This document shows positions 53,886 through 61,912 of a stretch of 64,000 bases of DNA, one piece after another. The notes under the pieces were generated by a model, which saw nothing but the letters and a program-made list of their open reading frames with translations, searched no databases and was not told where the DNA came from. Position numbers and translations under genes: made by a program. Numbering within the stretch: position 1 is the stretch's first letter; each line of letters starts with the position of its first letter. This DNA comes from Candidatus Coproplasma stercoripullorum (GTDB lineage: Bacteria > Bacillota > Clostridia > Christensenellales > Borkfalkiaceae), in contig DVHB01000062.1 of assembly GCA_018712405.1 (NCBI GenBank), forward strand, positions 1,684 to 65,683. Direction: 5' to 3'.

Positions 53886-54605
53886 ATGGATAAGAGCGGA
53901 AATTTGAAAGAACAGAGCGGAGAAAATTGCCCGGCTGTTGACTGCGGCGGCAGTAATAGCAATGCAAAATCTGATTCGGATGACGCAGTCGTGTCAGCCG
54001 ACATAAAACAGCGCTGTGCGAACAGTGCAGAGCAAGAAAAAGAACGCAAAAAGCGCAGAAAAAGAAGGAAAAAGCGGATACCCGTATGGTTGAGCTGGGG
54101 CATGACGATTTTGATATTGTCGTTTTTCCTCAGTGTGCTGTTCAGCTTTTTGACTGAAATTGCCGTAAACGACAGCCCAGTTTATATCTGCATAATAGTG
54201 CTGTTAGTGCTGCTAATTCTCAATATCGGGTGTGATATAATTGCCAACGCTGTTGTGTCTTGCGATGTCGATGGGTTCAACGCCATGGCGTCGAGGAAGA
54301 TAAGAGGTGCAAAGCGTGCGGTCACTTTCTGTAAGCACGCCGAAAAGATAGCAAGTATATTCTCCGATGTTATAGGTGATATCTGCGGTATCGTTAGCGG
54401 TTCGGCTGGTGCGGTGCTGGCTGCCTATTTCGGCTTTGCGGAGGGTTCGGTTTACGGCATAATCGCTTCCATTCTGGTCAGCGCCGTGATAGGCGCGCTT
54501 ACCGTGGGCGGCAAGGCCTTCGGCAAGCCTGTTTCTATTAAATATAACAGTAAAATAGCCTTCGCGTTTGCGAAGTTCACTACTTTTTTTGTCAAAGAAC
54601 AGTAA
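53886..54605 (+). CDS. oapA: OLE-associated protein A candidate (small 4-TM membrane protein with a basic N-terminal extension)
   Basis: Four hydrophobic segments after a soluble N-terminus of about 65 aa that ends in KERKKRRKRRKKR. It sits immediately downstream of the OLE candidate and upstream of dxs. Confidence 0.6.
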   Translation: MDKSGNLKEQSGENCPAVDCGGSNSNAKSDSDDAVVSADIKQRCANSAEQEKERKKRRKRRKKRIPVWLSWGMTILILSFFLSVLFSFLTEIAVNDSPVYICIIVLLVLLILNIGCDIIANAVVSCDVDGFNAMASRKIRGAKRAVTFCKHAEKIASIFSDVIGDICGIVSGSAGAVLAAYFGFAEGSVYGIIASILVSAVIGALTVGGKAFGKPVSIKYNSKIAFAFAKFTTFFVKEQ

Positions 54606-54629
54606 CGGTAAGAGGTTTGCATATAGTCG

Positions 54630-56471
54630 ATGTTTGAAAATATCTCGGGCGGCGAACTTAAGCTGCTGAACAATCGGGAGCTCGAAGCTCTATGCGAAAA
54701 CATACGCGGCAGGGTAATTTCTTCCGTTCTTGAGAACGGCGGACATCTCTCCTCCAACCTCGGGGTGGTAGAGCTGACCGTCGCGCTGCACTATGTATTT
54801 GACTTCCCGAAAGATAAAATTATTTTCGACGTCGGCCACCAGTGTTACGCCCATAAAATGCTCTCGGGAAGGATGGATAAGTTTTCCACGCTAAGGAAAA
54901 AAGGCGGTCTTGCGGGTTTTCCGAAGAGGAGCGAAAGTGAATACGACAGCTATAACACAGGGCACGCAGGTACGTCGATATCGGCTGCGCTCGGCATGGC
55001 AAAGGCGCGCGATCTTGCGGGTGCCGATTACAACGTAATCGCCGTCATCGGCGACGGCTCATTTAATAACGGACTTGTTTACGAGGCGTTCAACAGTCTT
55101 AAGCAGCTGGGCGCCCGTATTCTTATAATTCTGAACGATAATGGTATGTCGATATCGCCTACCGTCGGTAGTATGCACGAGTACTTAGAGGTCTTAAAAA
55201 ACGATGTGGAGGAGAGGTATCACAAAAACCGCCGCGCAGGCATATTTGAAAGATTCGGGCTTGAATATGACGGCGTTTACGACGGAAACGACGTTGTCGC
55301 CATGATTGCCGAACTTAAAAGGGTAAAGGAAAAGTTAAAGAGCGGCTCGGTGATAATGCACGTCATGACAAAGAAGGGCAAGGGATTCGGGCCAGGCGAG
55401 GATGATCCGGAGGCTACTCATGGCATTTCGGATAGCGGTTCAGCAAATGAGGTTGTCGAGTACTCGCAGGTACTTGGTAAAAAACTTGCCGGGCTTGCTA
55501 AAAAAGATGCCAGAGTCGTGGCTGTTACCGCCGCTATGACGGGCAGCCTCGGCCTTTCGGATTTTTTCCGCGAATTTCCCGCAAGGTCGGTGGATGTAGG
55601 TATATGCGAAGAGCATGCTGCGGTATTCTGTGCGGCTATGGCCGCGCAGGGGTTCAAGCCGTATTATGCAGTGTATTCAACCTTTCTTCAACGGTCCTTT
55701 GACGAAATAATTCTAGACATATGCAGTCAGAACCTGCCTGTCACGCTGTGTATAGACAGGGCTGGTATCAGCGGGGCCGACGGCGAGACTCACCAGGGTG
55801 TGTTTGATCTGTCATATTTGTCTTTGATTCCGAACATGGCTATCGCTGTGCCCAAAGATACAAATGAACTTGAGGCCATGCTCGACTTCAGCCTTGGATA
55901 TAACGGTCCGCTTGCCATACGATACCCGCGCGCCTGCTCGCATAATTTCGGAGGCGGTGGTAAAATTGAACTTGGCAAATGGGAGATCATGCGCCGCGGC
56001 GACGGAAAAATTGCAATGCTCGCATGCGGAGAGCGTGCAATAGCCCGCGCCATTGCGGCGGCTGATGATGCGGAGAGAAAGTGCGGCGTATGCCCCGCTG
56101 TTATAAATGCGCGGTTTGTAAAACCGCTCGACAGCGCCGTGCTGAACAGCCTTTCCGAAGAGAGTATCATAACGATAGAGGACAACGCGCTCATCGGCGG
56201 ATTTGGGTCGCTCATAGCTGAATATTATTCCGAGAGCAAAAAACAGATAAAAGTTTTTGCCTATAGAGATAAATTTATAGAGCACGGCGGCGTAAATGAA
56301 CTTATGGACGAAAACGGTATGAATGTAGCCGACATTCTTTCATATATAGAGAATCGGAATGAGACTAGACAGGCATCTTGCCGAAAAATTTGGTTCACGC
56401 AACAAGGCGGCCGCCGCGATAGAAAGGGGTATAGTAAGGGTGAACGGAATGATCCGCCCGGCCTCTTATGA
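54630..56471 (+). CDS. dxs: 1-deoxy-D-xylulose-5-phosphate synthase
   Basis: GGHLSSNLGVVELTVALHYVF, GDGSFNNG (ThDP motif), FDVGICEQHA-like VDVGICEEHA, and DRAGISGADGETHQG. The 3' end overlaps tlyA by 113 nt. Confidence 0.92.
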   Translation: MFENISGGELKLLNNRELEALCENIRGRVISSVLENGGHLSSNLGVVELTVALHYVFDFPKDKIIFDVGHQCYAHKMLSGRMDKFSTLRKKGGLAGFPKRSESEYDSYNTGHAGTSISAALGMAKARDLAGADYNVIAVIGDGSFNNGLVYEAFNSLKQLGARILIILNDNGMSISPTVGSMHEYLEVLKNDVEERYHKNRRAGIFERFGLEYDGVYDGNDVVAMIAELKRVKEKLKSGSVIMHVMTKKGKGFGPGEDDPEATHGISDSGSANEVVEYSQVLGKKLAGLAKKDARVVAVTAAMTGSLGLSDFFREFPARSVDVGICEEHAAVFCAAMAAQGFKPYYAVYSTFLQRSFDEIILDICSQNLPVTLCIDRAGISGADGETHQGVFDLSYLSLIPNMAIAVPKDTNELEAMLDFSLGYNGPLAIRYPRACSHNFGGGGKIELGKWEIMRRGDGKIAMLACGERAIARAIAAADDAERKCGVCPAVINARFVKPLDSAVLNSLSEESIITIEDNALIGGFGSLIAEYYSESKKQIKVFAYRDKFIEHGGVNELMDENGMNVADILSYIENRNETRQASCRKIWFTQQGGRRDRKGYSKGERNDPPGLL

Positions 56472-57114
56472 TGTTAAAGAAGGCGATGTTATAGATGTCG
56501 CCGAAGAGGGGATATCCTTTGTATCTGCCGGCGGATATAAGCTGTATAAAGCGCTCACAGACTTCAATTTTTCAGTGAAAGACAAAGCATTCGCCGATAT
56601 AGGCGCAAGTACAGGAGGGTTTACCGACTGTCTGTTAAAATGCGGCGCCAAAAAGGTTTACTGCATAGACGTGGGTGAAAGTCAGCTCGACAAGAGTCTG
56701 ATGGATAAAAATATTGTAGTCATAGACAATTTCAACGCCCGAAATTTAAGAAAAGATATGTTTGAAGAGGAACTAGACGGCATTACAATAGACGTAAGTT
56801 TTATCTCGCTCACATATCTGTTTGAGGCAGTTTGCGAAGTACTATGTCACGCAAAGTATGTGCTTGCGCTGATCAAACCGCAGTTTGAGTGCGGCAGCAG
56901 GACTGTGGGTAAAAACGGTATTGTCCGAGGAGAAAAAAGGCACAGGGAAATCATAGACAAGATATATGCAAGCTGCATATCCTGCGGTCTTGCGCCCATG
57001 GCGCTCACAAACGCGCCCGAAGTTAAGGGGAAGAACCTTGAATACGTAGTCTTGCTTGAAAAGGGCGGCGAACCCGTGCAGTTTGAAAAACTTATTGCCG
57101 GCGTGAAGCTGTGA
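56359..57114 (+). CDS. tlyA: TlyA family rRNA (cytidine-2'-O)-methyltransferase
   Basis: S4 domain N-terminus (MRLDRHLAEKF...) and SAM motif ADIGASTGGFTDCLL. Confidence 0.88.
   Translation: MRLDRHLAEKFGSRNKAAAAIERGIVRVNGMIRPASYDVKEGDVIDVAEEGISFVSAGGYKLYKALTDFNFSVKDKAFADIGASTGGFTDCLLKCGAKKVYCIDVGESQLDKSLMDKNIVVIDNFNARNLRKDMFEEELDGITIDVSFISLTYLFEAVCEVLCHAKYVLALIKPQFECGSRTVGKNGIVRGEKRHREIIDKIYASCISCGLAPMALTNAPEVKGKNLEYVVLLEKGGEPVQFEKLIAGVKL
56838..56853 (+). repeat. Variant copy of the recurrent motif (AGTACTATGTCACGCA)
   Basis: AGTACT followed by ATGTCACGCA. This is the reverse complement of the TGCGTGACAT extension seen at 37391-37400. Flanked by TTTGCG / CGCAAA. Confidence 0.45.
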
Positions 57115-57137
57115 TCACAAAATTAATTAAAGTTATC

Positions 57138-57168
57138 AGAGTTCGCATAAAAAAACTATGCGGACTCT
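57138..57168 (+). other. 12-bp stem hairpin between tlyA and nadK
   Basis: AGAGTTCGCATA-aaaaaac-TATGCGGACTCT (one G-T pair). No T run. The 3' arm contains ACTATGCG. Confidence 0.5.
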
Positions 57169-57208
57169 GTTGCATATTTGCATAAAACGTTGTATAATAT
57201 CAATTGAT

Positions 57209-58021
57209 ATGAAAGTGGGGATTTATTTCAACAAAAATTATCTGCCGGGTAATCTCAGACTGACTGCAAGAATAAAGGAGAGACTATCCGGTTTCGGCAT
57301 CGGTTGCCACAATGTATGTTCTCCGTCTGAGCTTGACGGAACTGACATACTCATGGTACTTGGGGGCGACGGGACTATTCTTACAATGGCGGCCGAGTGT
57401 GCGCGCCGCGGTATTAAAATCATGGGTATAAATTACGGCCATATAGGCTTTCTTGCCGAGTTTGAGCAGGAAAAACTTGATGATGCTGTAGAGATTTTGT
57501 GCAGCGGCAAATATTCCACTGAAAGGCGGAGCATGCTCTCTGTTGATATTGGCAAAAAAAATTATCTTGCTCTCAACGACCTCGTAATACAGCGCAGTAC
57601 TTACGGCAAGAGGTACAGCAATACTATAAATCTTTCGGCCATGATCGACGGTTCGCTCGTTGACAACTACCTGTCCGACGGTATTATCGTTAGCACTCCA
57701 ACGGGCTCTACGGCTTATTCGCTCGCGGCAGGCGGTTCGGTGCTTACGCCAGACATAAACGCCTTTATTTTAACGCCGCTGTGCGCGCATTCGCTTCATT
57801 CGCGTCCGATAGTGTTTTCCGACAAATCTGAGTTGAAAATCTTTTACCATAAAGAAAATACTGCTGTCAATGTCTCGGTGGACGGCATAGTGATAGGTGA
57901 ATTTGAATCTCTTGCAGAGTTCAAAGTTACAAAATCTGAATATTGCACGGAATTTATCGTCTCAAACAACGTTAACTTCTTTGATAAATTATTATCCAAA
58001 CTTAGTAAATGGAGCAGATAA
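57209..58021 (+). CDS. nadK: NAD+ kinase
   Basis: Start chosen at MKVGIYFNK. VLGGDGTIL (GGDG) and the TPTGSTAYSLAAGG motif. Confidence 0.9.
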   Translation: MKVGIYFNKNYLPGNLRLTARIKERLSGFGIGCHNVCSPSELDGTDILMVLGGDGTILTMAAECARRGIKIMGINYGHIGFLAEFEQEKLDDAVEILCSGKYSTERRSMLSVDIGKKNYLALNDLVIQRSTYGKRYSNTINLSAMIDGSLVDNYLSDGIIVSTPTGSTAYSLAAGGSVLTPDINAFILTPLCAHSLHSRPIVFSDKSELKIFYHKENTAVNVSVDGIVIGEFESLAEFKVTKSEYCTEFIVSNNVNFFDKLLSKLSKWSR

Positions 58022-58474
58022 GTGTACAGAAACGCAAGACAAGCAAAAATTCTTGAAATAATTTCCAAATACGAGATAGAGACGCAAGAGGAGCTGTGCA
58101 ACGAGCTGAATAAGCTCAACTTCAACGTGACGCAGGCTACTATTTCTCGCGATATCAAAGATTTAAAGCTTTATAAAGTGGCTGGCACGGTTAAAAAGTA
58201 TAAATACGCCAGCCTTGACGGTGCGCAGGAGGAGCTTAGTCCGAGGATGCTCAATCTGTTCAGGGAGTGCGTGCTCAGCATAAATTCCGCCAACAACCTC
58301 ATAGTTATAAAGACCATGCGCGGCAACGGGCAGAGCGGCGGATCGTTCGTCGATTCACTCCAGATTGACGAGATAATCGGTTGCGTCGCCGGCGACGATA
58401 CTGTGCTCGTGATTGTGGACAGCACCGAACACACGCCCGCCGTCACAAATAAATTAAAAGAATATCTGCTTTAA
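58022..58474 (+). CDS. argR: Arginine repressor
   Basis: GTG start. Winged helix RQAKILEII...TQEELCNEL...VTQATISRDIKDL and C-terminal GCVAGDDTVLV. Confidence 0.9.
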   Translation: MYRNARQAKILEIISKYEIETQEELCNELNKLNFNVTQATISRDIKDLKLYKVAGTVKKYKYASLDGAQEELSPRMLNLFRECVLSINSANNLIVIKTMRGNGQSGGSFVDSLQIDEIIGCVAGDDTVLVIVDSTEHTPAVTNKLKEYLL

Positions 58475-58488
58475 GAAGTGGCAAAATT

Positions 58489-60165
58489 ATGCTCGAAAGA
58501 CTTGTAATAAAAAACATCGCGCTCATAGACAGCGCAGACATAGTGTTCGGCGCGGGGCTGAATATTCTCTCAGGCGAGACAGGCTCGGGTAAATCGGTGA
58601 TCTTGGATTCGCTCAACTTTGTGCTCGGCAGCAAAGCCGATAAAAATATGATTCGTTATGGCGAAACCGAGGCTTATGTCCGCGGCGAGTTTACCGTTGC
58701 GCCGCAGTCGGCCGCGGTAAAGGCGCTCGAAGAGCTGGATATAGAAAGCGACGGGGAGATCATAATAACAAGGAAATACAGCGCGGACGGCAAGGGAAAC
58801 ATTAAGATAAACGGAAACACTGTGACGGCAGGTATGTTAAAAACAGTTTCGCAACACCTCGTGGACGTGTACGGCCAGAGCGAACACTTCGCTCTTTTGA
58901 GCGAGGCGAACCAGCTCTCCGTCATCGACGGGCTGTGCGGAGAACGGGCCGCCGACATAAAAAATGCGCTCTCGATCTTTATTTCTGAAAAGCGCGAATG
59001 TCTGCGCAGGCTCAAACAACTCGGAGGCGACAGTGCCGAAAGGGCGCGCAGACTTGATCTTCTTTCATACCAGATAAAGGAGATCGACTCCGCCGAACTT
59101 AAGGATGGCGAAGAGGAAGAGTTGATCGCAAAGCGCAGGATCATTGACAATACTGAAAAGATAGCGTCCGCCGTGAGCGGTTCTTTAGGCGCAATAAACG
59201 GCGACGGAGGGGGCAGCGACGGTATTTCTGCCGCACGCAGACTGATGGCGAATGTATCGGAATACGGGGATGATTATTCATCCGTGTCAGACAGGCTCGA
59301 CGCCGTCCTCGCGGAATTGCAGGACATTGCCGACACACTCTCCGACATGGCCGACGGCCTTGAATTTGACGAGGCCGATGCGCGCCGCGTCGAGGACAGA
59401 CTCGATCTGATACGAAATTTAAAGAAGAAGTACGGCGCAACCGTGGATGAAATTCTTGCCTTCAGGGCTAAGGCGGGTGAAGAATTTGACCTTCTCTCCG
59501 ACAGCGAAGCCGTGGCAGAAAAGCTGACCAAAAGACTTGAAGAGCTTGACGAAAGTATTTTTGGCGAGTGCGTAAAACTCACTGAGCTCAGAAAAAACAA
59601 CGCCGAAAATTTTTGCCGCGACGTTGAGAGCGAACTTAAAAGCTTGAATATTTCGGGCGCCCGCTTTGAAGTGAGGTTTGATGAATATGACAAAAGTTCG
59701 GCAAACCTTACCAGCGTCAATGGCAGCGACAAAGTAAAGTTTATGTTTTCGGCCAACAAAGGCGAACCGTTGAAACCGTTGAACAAGGTCATAAGCGGAG
59801 GCGAGCTCAGCCGCTTTATGCTGGCCATAAAGACCTGCCTCAAAGACCTGAACGGGATCTCGACATACATATTTGATGAGATCGACGCGGGCATAAGCGG
59901 TATAACAGCAAGGAGCGTGGCCGAAAAGTTTACGGACATTGCAAAGAATACGCAGATAATTGCCGTTTCACATCTGCCGCAGATATGCGCCGCGGGCGAC
60001 AGGAATTTTTTGATATCCAAGGCAGAACAAAATGGCGGCACGGTTACAAGCGTCAGGGAAATTGTCGGCGACGCAAAAATTGCCGAGATAATAAGGCTCA
60101 CGGGCGGAGGCGAAACCGAGGCCGCAAGGCAACACGCCGCTGAACTTATAGCCCAATATAAATGA
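58489..60165 (+). CDS. recN: DNA repair protein RecN
   Basis: LSGETGSGKSV Walker A, a long coiled coil, the signature SGGELSRFMLA and FDEIDAGISG. Confidence 0.93.
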   Translation: MLERLVIKNIALIDSADIVFGAGLNILSGETGSGKSVILDSLNFVLGSKADKNMIRYGETEAYVRGEFTVAPQSAAVKALEELDIESDGEIIITRKYSADGKGNIKINGNTVTAGMLKTVSQHLVDVYGQSEHFALLSEANQLSVIDGLCGERAADIKNALSIFISEKRECLRRLKQLGGDSAERARRLDLLSYQIKEIDSAELKDGEEEELIAKRRIIDNTEKIASAVSGSLGAINGDGGGSDGISAARRLMANVSEYGDDYSSVSDRLDAVLAELQDIADTLSDMADGLEFDEADARRVEDRLDLIRNLKKKYGATVDEILAFRAKAGEEFDLLSDSEAVAEKLTKRLEELDESIFGECVKLTELRKNNAENFCRDVESELKSLNISGARFEVRFDEYDKSSANLTSVNGSDKVKFMFSANKGEPLKPLNKVISGGELSRFMLAIKTCLKDLNGISTYIFDEIDAGISGITARSVAEKFTDIAKNTQIIAVSHLPQICAAGDRNFLISKAEQNGGTVTSVREIVGDAKIAEIIRLTGGGETEAARQHAAELIAQYK

Positions 60166-60178
60166 TTGTTTTAATTGC

Positions 60179-60215
60179 GCCGCAAAGTGGATATACTTTG
60201 CGGCTTCTCATTTTT
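60179..60215 (+). terminator. Rho-independent terminator after recN
   Basis: GCCGCAAAGT / ACTTTGCGGC stem followed by a T-rich tract. Confidence 0.7.
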
Positions 60216-60281
60216 AGACGGTAAATTTTCGGCATGCCATAATCTGAGTATATAAGCAGAAAAGCTGCGCAAAATAGTTTT

Positions 60282-61298
60282 ATGGTGAGCAGAAAAAAGT
60301 TATTTACCAAAGTTTTTATATTGATTTTCGCCGCGTTATGCAGCGTTTGCACGATGACGGGCGCGGCGCCGGCAGGCGGCGGTGAGTTGTATCTGGGAGG
60401 CTTCCCGGCGGGATTTATGCTTAATACCACGACTGTTGAGGTAGTGGGAATGTGTGACGTTATGACGGACAGCGGACTGGTTTCACCGGCGCGCGACGGC
60501 GGCCTTAAAACGGGCGATGTTATAAAAAGTATCAACGGCAAGGAAGTAACTTCAAGCGAACATGTAACTCGGTTGCTTTCAGGCAACTTAATGCGGGCTG
60601 AAATTACAGTGGAACGCGAAGGCAGCGAAATAAAACTTACCATTACCCCGGTAAAAGATATTACAAGCGGACAAATGAGGGTGGGTGTGCTGGTGCGTGA
60701 CAGCTTGAGCGGCGTGGGAACGATTACCTATATAAACAAGACGGATAATTCCTTTGCCTCGCTGGGCCATCCCGTGACAAACTCTTCCGGGAAAATAACT
60801 GATATTAACGGCGGGGAATTATACAGCTGCGTAATATACGACGTAAAACGCGGTGTACGCGGTACGCCGGGAGAACTTAAAGGGGCGTTTCAGAACGGTA
60901 AAACGATAGGTTCGGCGGAATTGAATTGCGAATGCGGAGTTTACGGAAAACTTGACGACGGTTATGATTTCAGTAATCTCACACGCATAGAGGCAGGTGA
61001 TATTGACGACGTGACTTTAGGAAATGCGGTGATATATTCAACGGTTTCTTCAAACAAGCGGGAGAGCTATGATATATCGATAGTCAAGGTCGACAAAACA
61101 AATAAGGATAACAGAAATTTTGTTATTAAGATAGACGATAAAAACCTCTTGGAAAAGACCGGAGGGATAGTGCAGGGCATGAGCGGCAGTCCCATAGTGC
61201 AAAACGGAAAACTTATAGGGGCCATAACTCATGTGTTTATCAACGACCCTACCCGAGGGTTTGGAATTTCCATCGGAAATATGCTTGAATCATATTAA
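60282..61298 (+). CDS. spoIVB: SpoIVB peptidase (S55 family, PDZ + serine protease)
   Basis: Signal anchor, PDZ (GLKTGDVIKSINGKEV), GVGTITYI, GHPV and GMSGSPIVQNGKLIGAITHVF. Confidence 0.9.
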   Translation: MVSRKKLFTKVFILIFAALCSVCTMTGAAPAGGGELYLGGFPAGFMLNTTTVEVVGMCDVMTDSGLVSPARDGGLKTGDVIKSINGKEVTSSEHVTRLLSGNLMRAEITVEREGSEIKLTITPVKDITSGQMRVGVLVRDSLSGVGTITYINKTDNSFASLGHPVTNSSGKITDINGGELYSCVIYDVKRGVRGTPGELKGAFQNGKTIGSAELNCECGVYGKLDDGYDFSNLTRIEAGDIDDVTLGNAVIYSTVSSNKRESYDISIVKVDKTNKDNRNFVIKIDDKNLLEKTGGIVQGMSGSPIVQNGKLIGAITHVFINDPTRGFGISIGNMLESY

Positions 61299-61341
61299 AA
61301 ATTAAATTCATTAATAAGTGAAAGTTCTCATATAATTTCGT

Positions 61342-61884
61342 ATGAGGACTTTCGACATTTCTTGCATTAAAATATCAAAAAAGTGGCTCATATGCTATAT
61401 TGTCATACTGATTGCGGCAATTATTACAGGCATAGTACTATGCAAAGCGACTCAATCAAGCACATATATGCAAAACTACGCCTCAGAATATGTGTATTAT
61501 GTATTCAATTTCCGCAACATATCGCTTTTGTTTCCCAAATTTTTCTATGAGACCGTCTATATGTACGCTTTTTTTCTGATAGCGTATTGCACGCGGTTCA
61601 GGTTTTTGACGTTGCCCTTTCTTTTTTTTAAATGCATGCTCTCTTCAGTATATTGCGTGCTTATAATTTCCGTGTCGGCACTTGGCGGCGTGCTTGCGGC
61701 TGTGTTTGTGTTTATTCCGTCTGCTGTCATTTCTTTTTGCCTTGAGGTAGTGCTCATTGAATGCTGTAGTATGCTGAACAGGAGATATGCGTTCTTCTCT
61801 CCGCTGCTTTTTGCCGCCGTTGCCGCGCTTGCGGAATGTTTGCTTTTGAACGTGCTCTTCCGCGTCGTGATCGCAGTAGTATAA
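61342..61884 (+). CDS. Uncharacterized polytopic membrane protein (possibly SpoIIM/DUF95-like)
   Basis: 180 aa with about 5 hydrophobic segments, rich in aromatic and Cys residues. No motif recognised. Confidence 0.45.
   Translation: MRTFDISCIKISKKWLICYIVILIAAIITGIVLCKATQSSTYMQNYASEYVYYVFNFRNISLLFPKFFYETVYMYAFFLIAYCTRFRFLTLPFLFFKCMLSSVYCVLIISVSALGGVLAAVFVFIPSAVISFCLEVVLIECCSMLNRRYAFFSPLLFAAVAALAECLLLNVLFRVVIAVV
61431..61442 (+). repeat. Copy of the perfect 12-bp palindrome CATAGTACTATG
   Basis: Identical to 17251-17262 and 37381-37392. Here it is read as G-I-V-L-C in a TM segment. Confidence 0.6.
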
Positions 61885-61912
61885 TTTGACGATTATTTCT
61901 TATACTGTTAGT

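Noticed and set aside
6391-61442. Interpreting the recurrent AGTACTATG... copies as CRISPR repeats, MITE/IS ends, or DGR template/variable repeats
   Set aside because: The copies are single and tens of kb apart. They lie in frame inside conserved housekeeping genes, encoding conserved residues such as the YKHS of MurB. They have no flanking target-site duplications and no spacer periodicity. No reverse transcriptase, transposase or cas gene is present.
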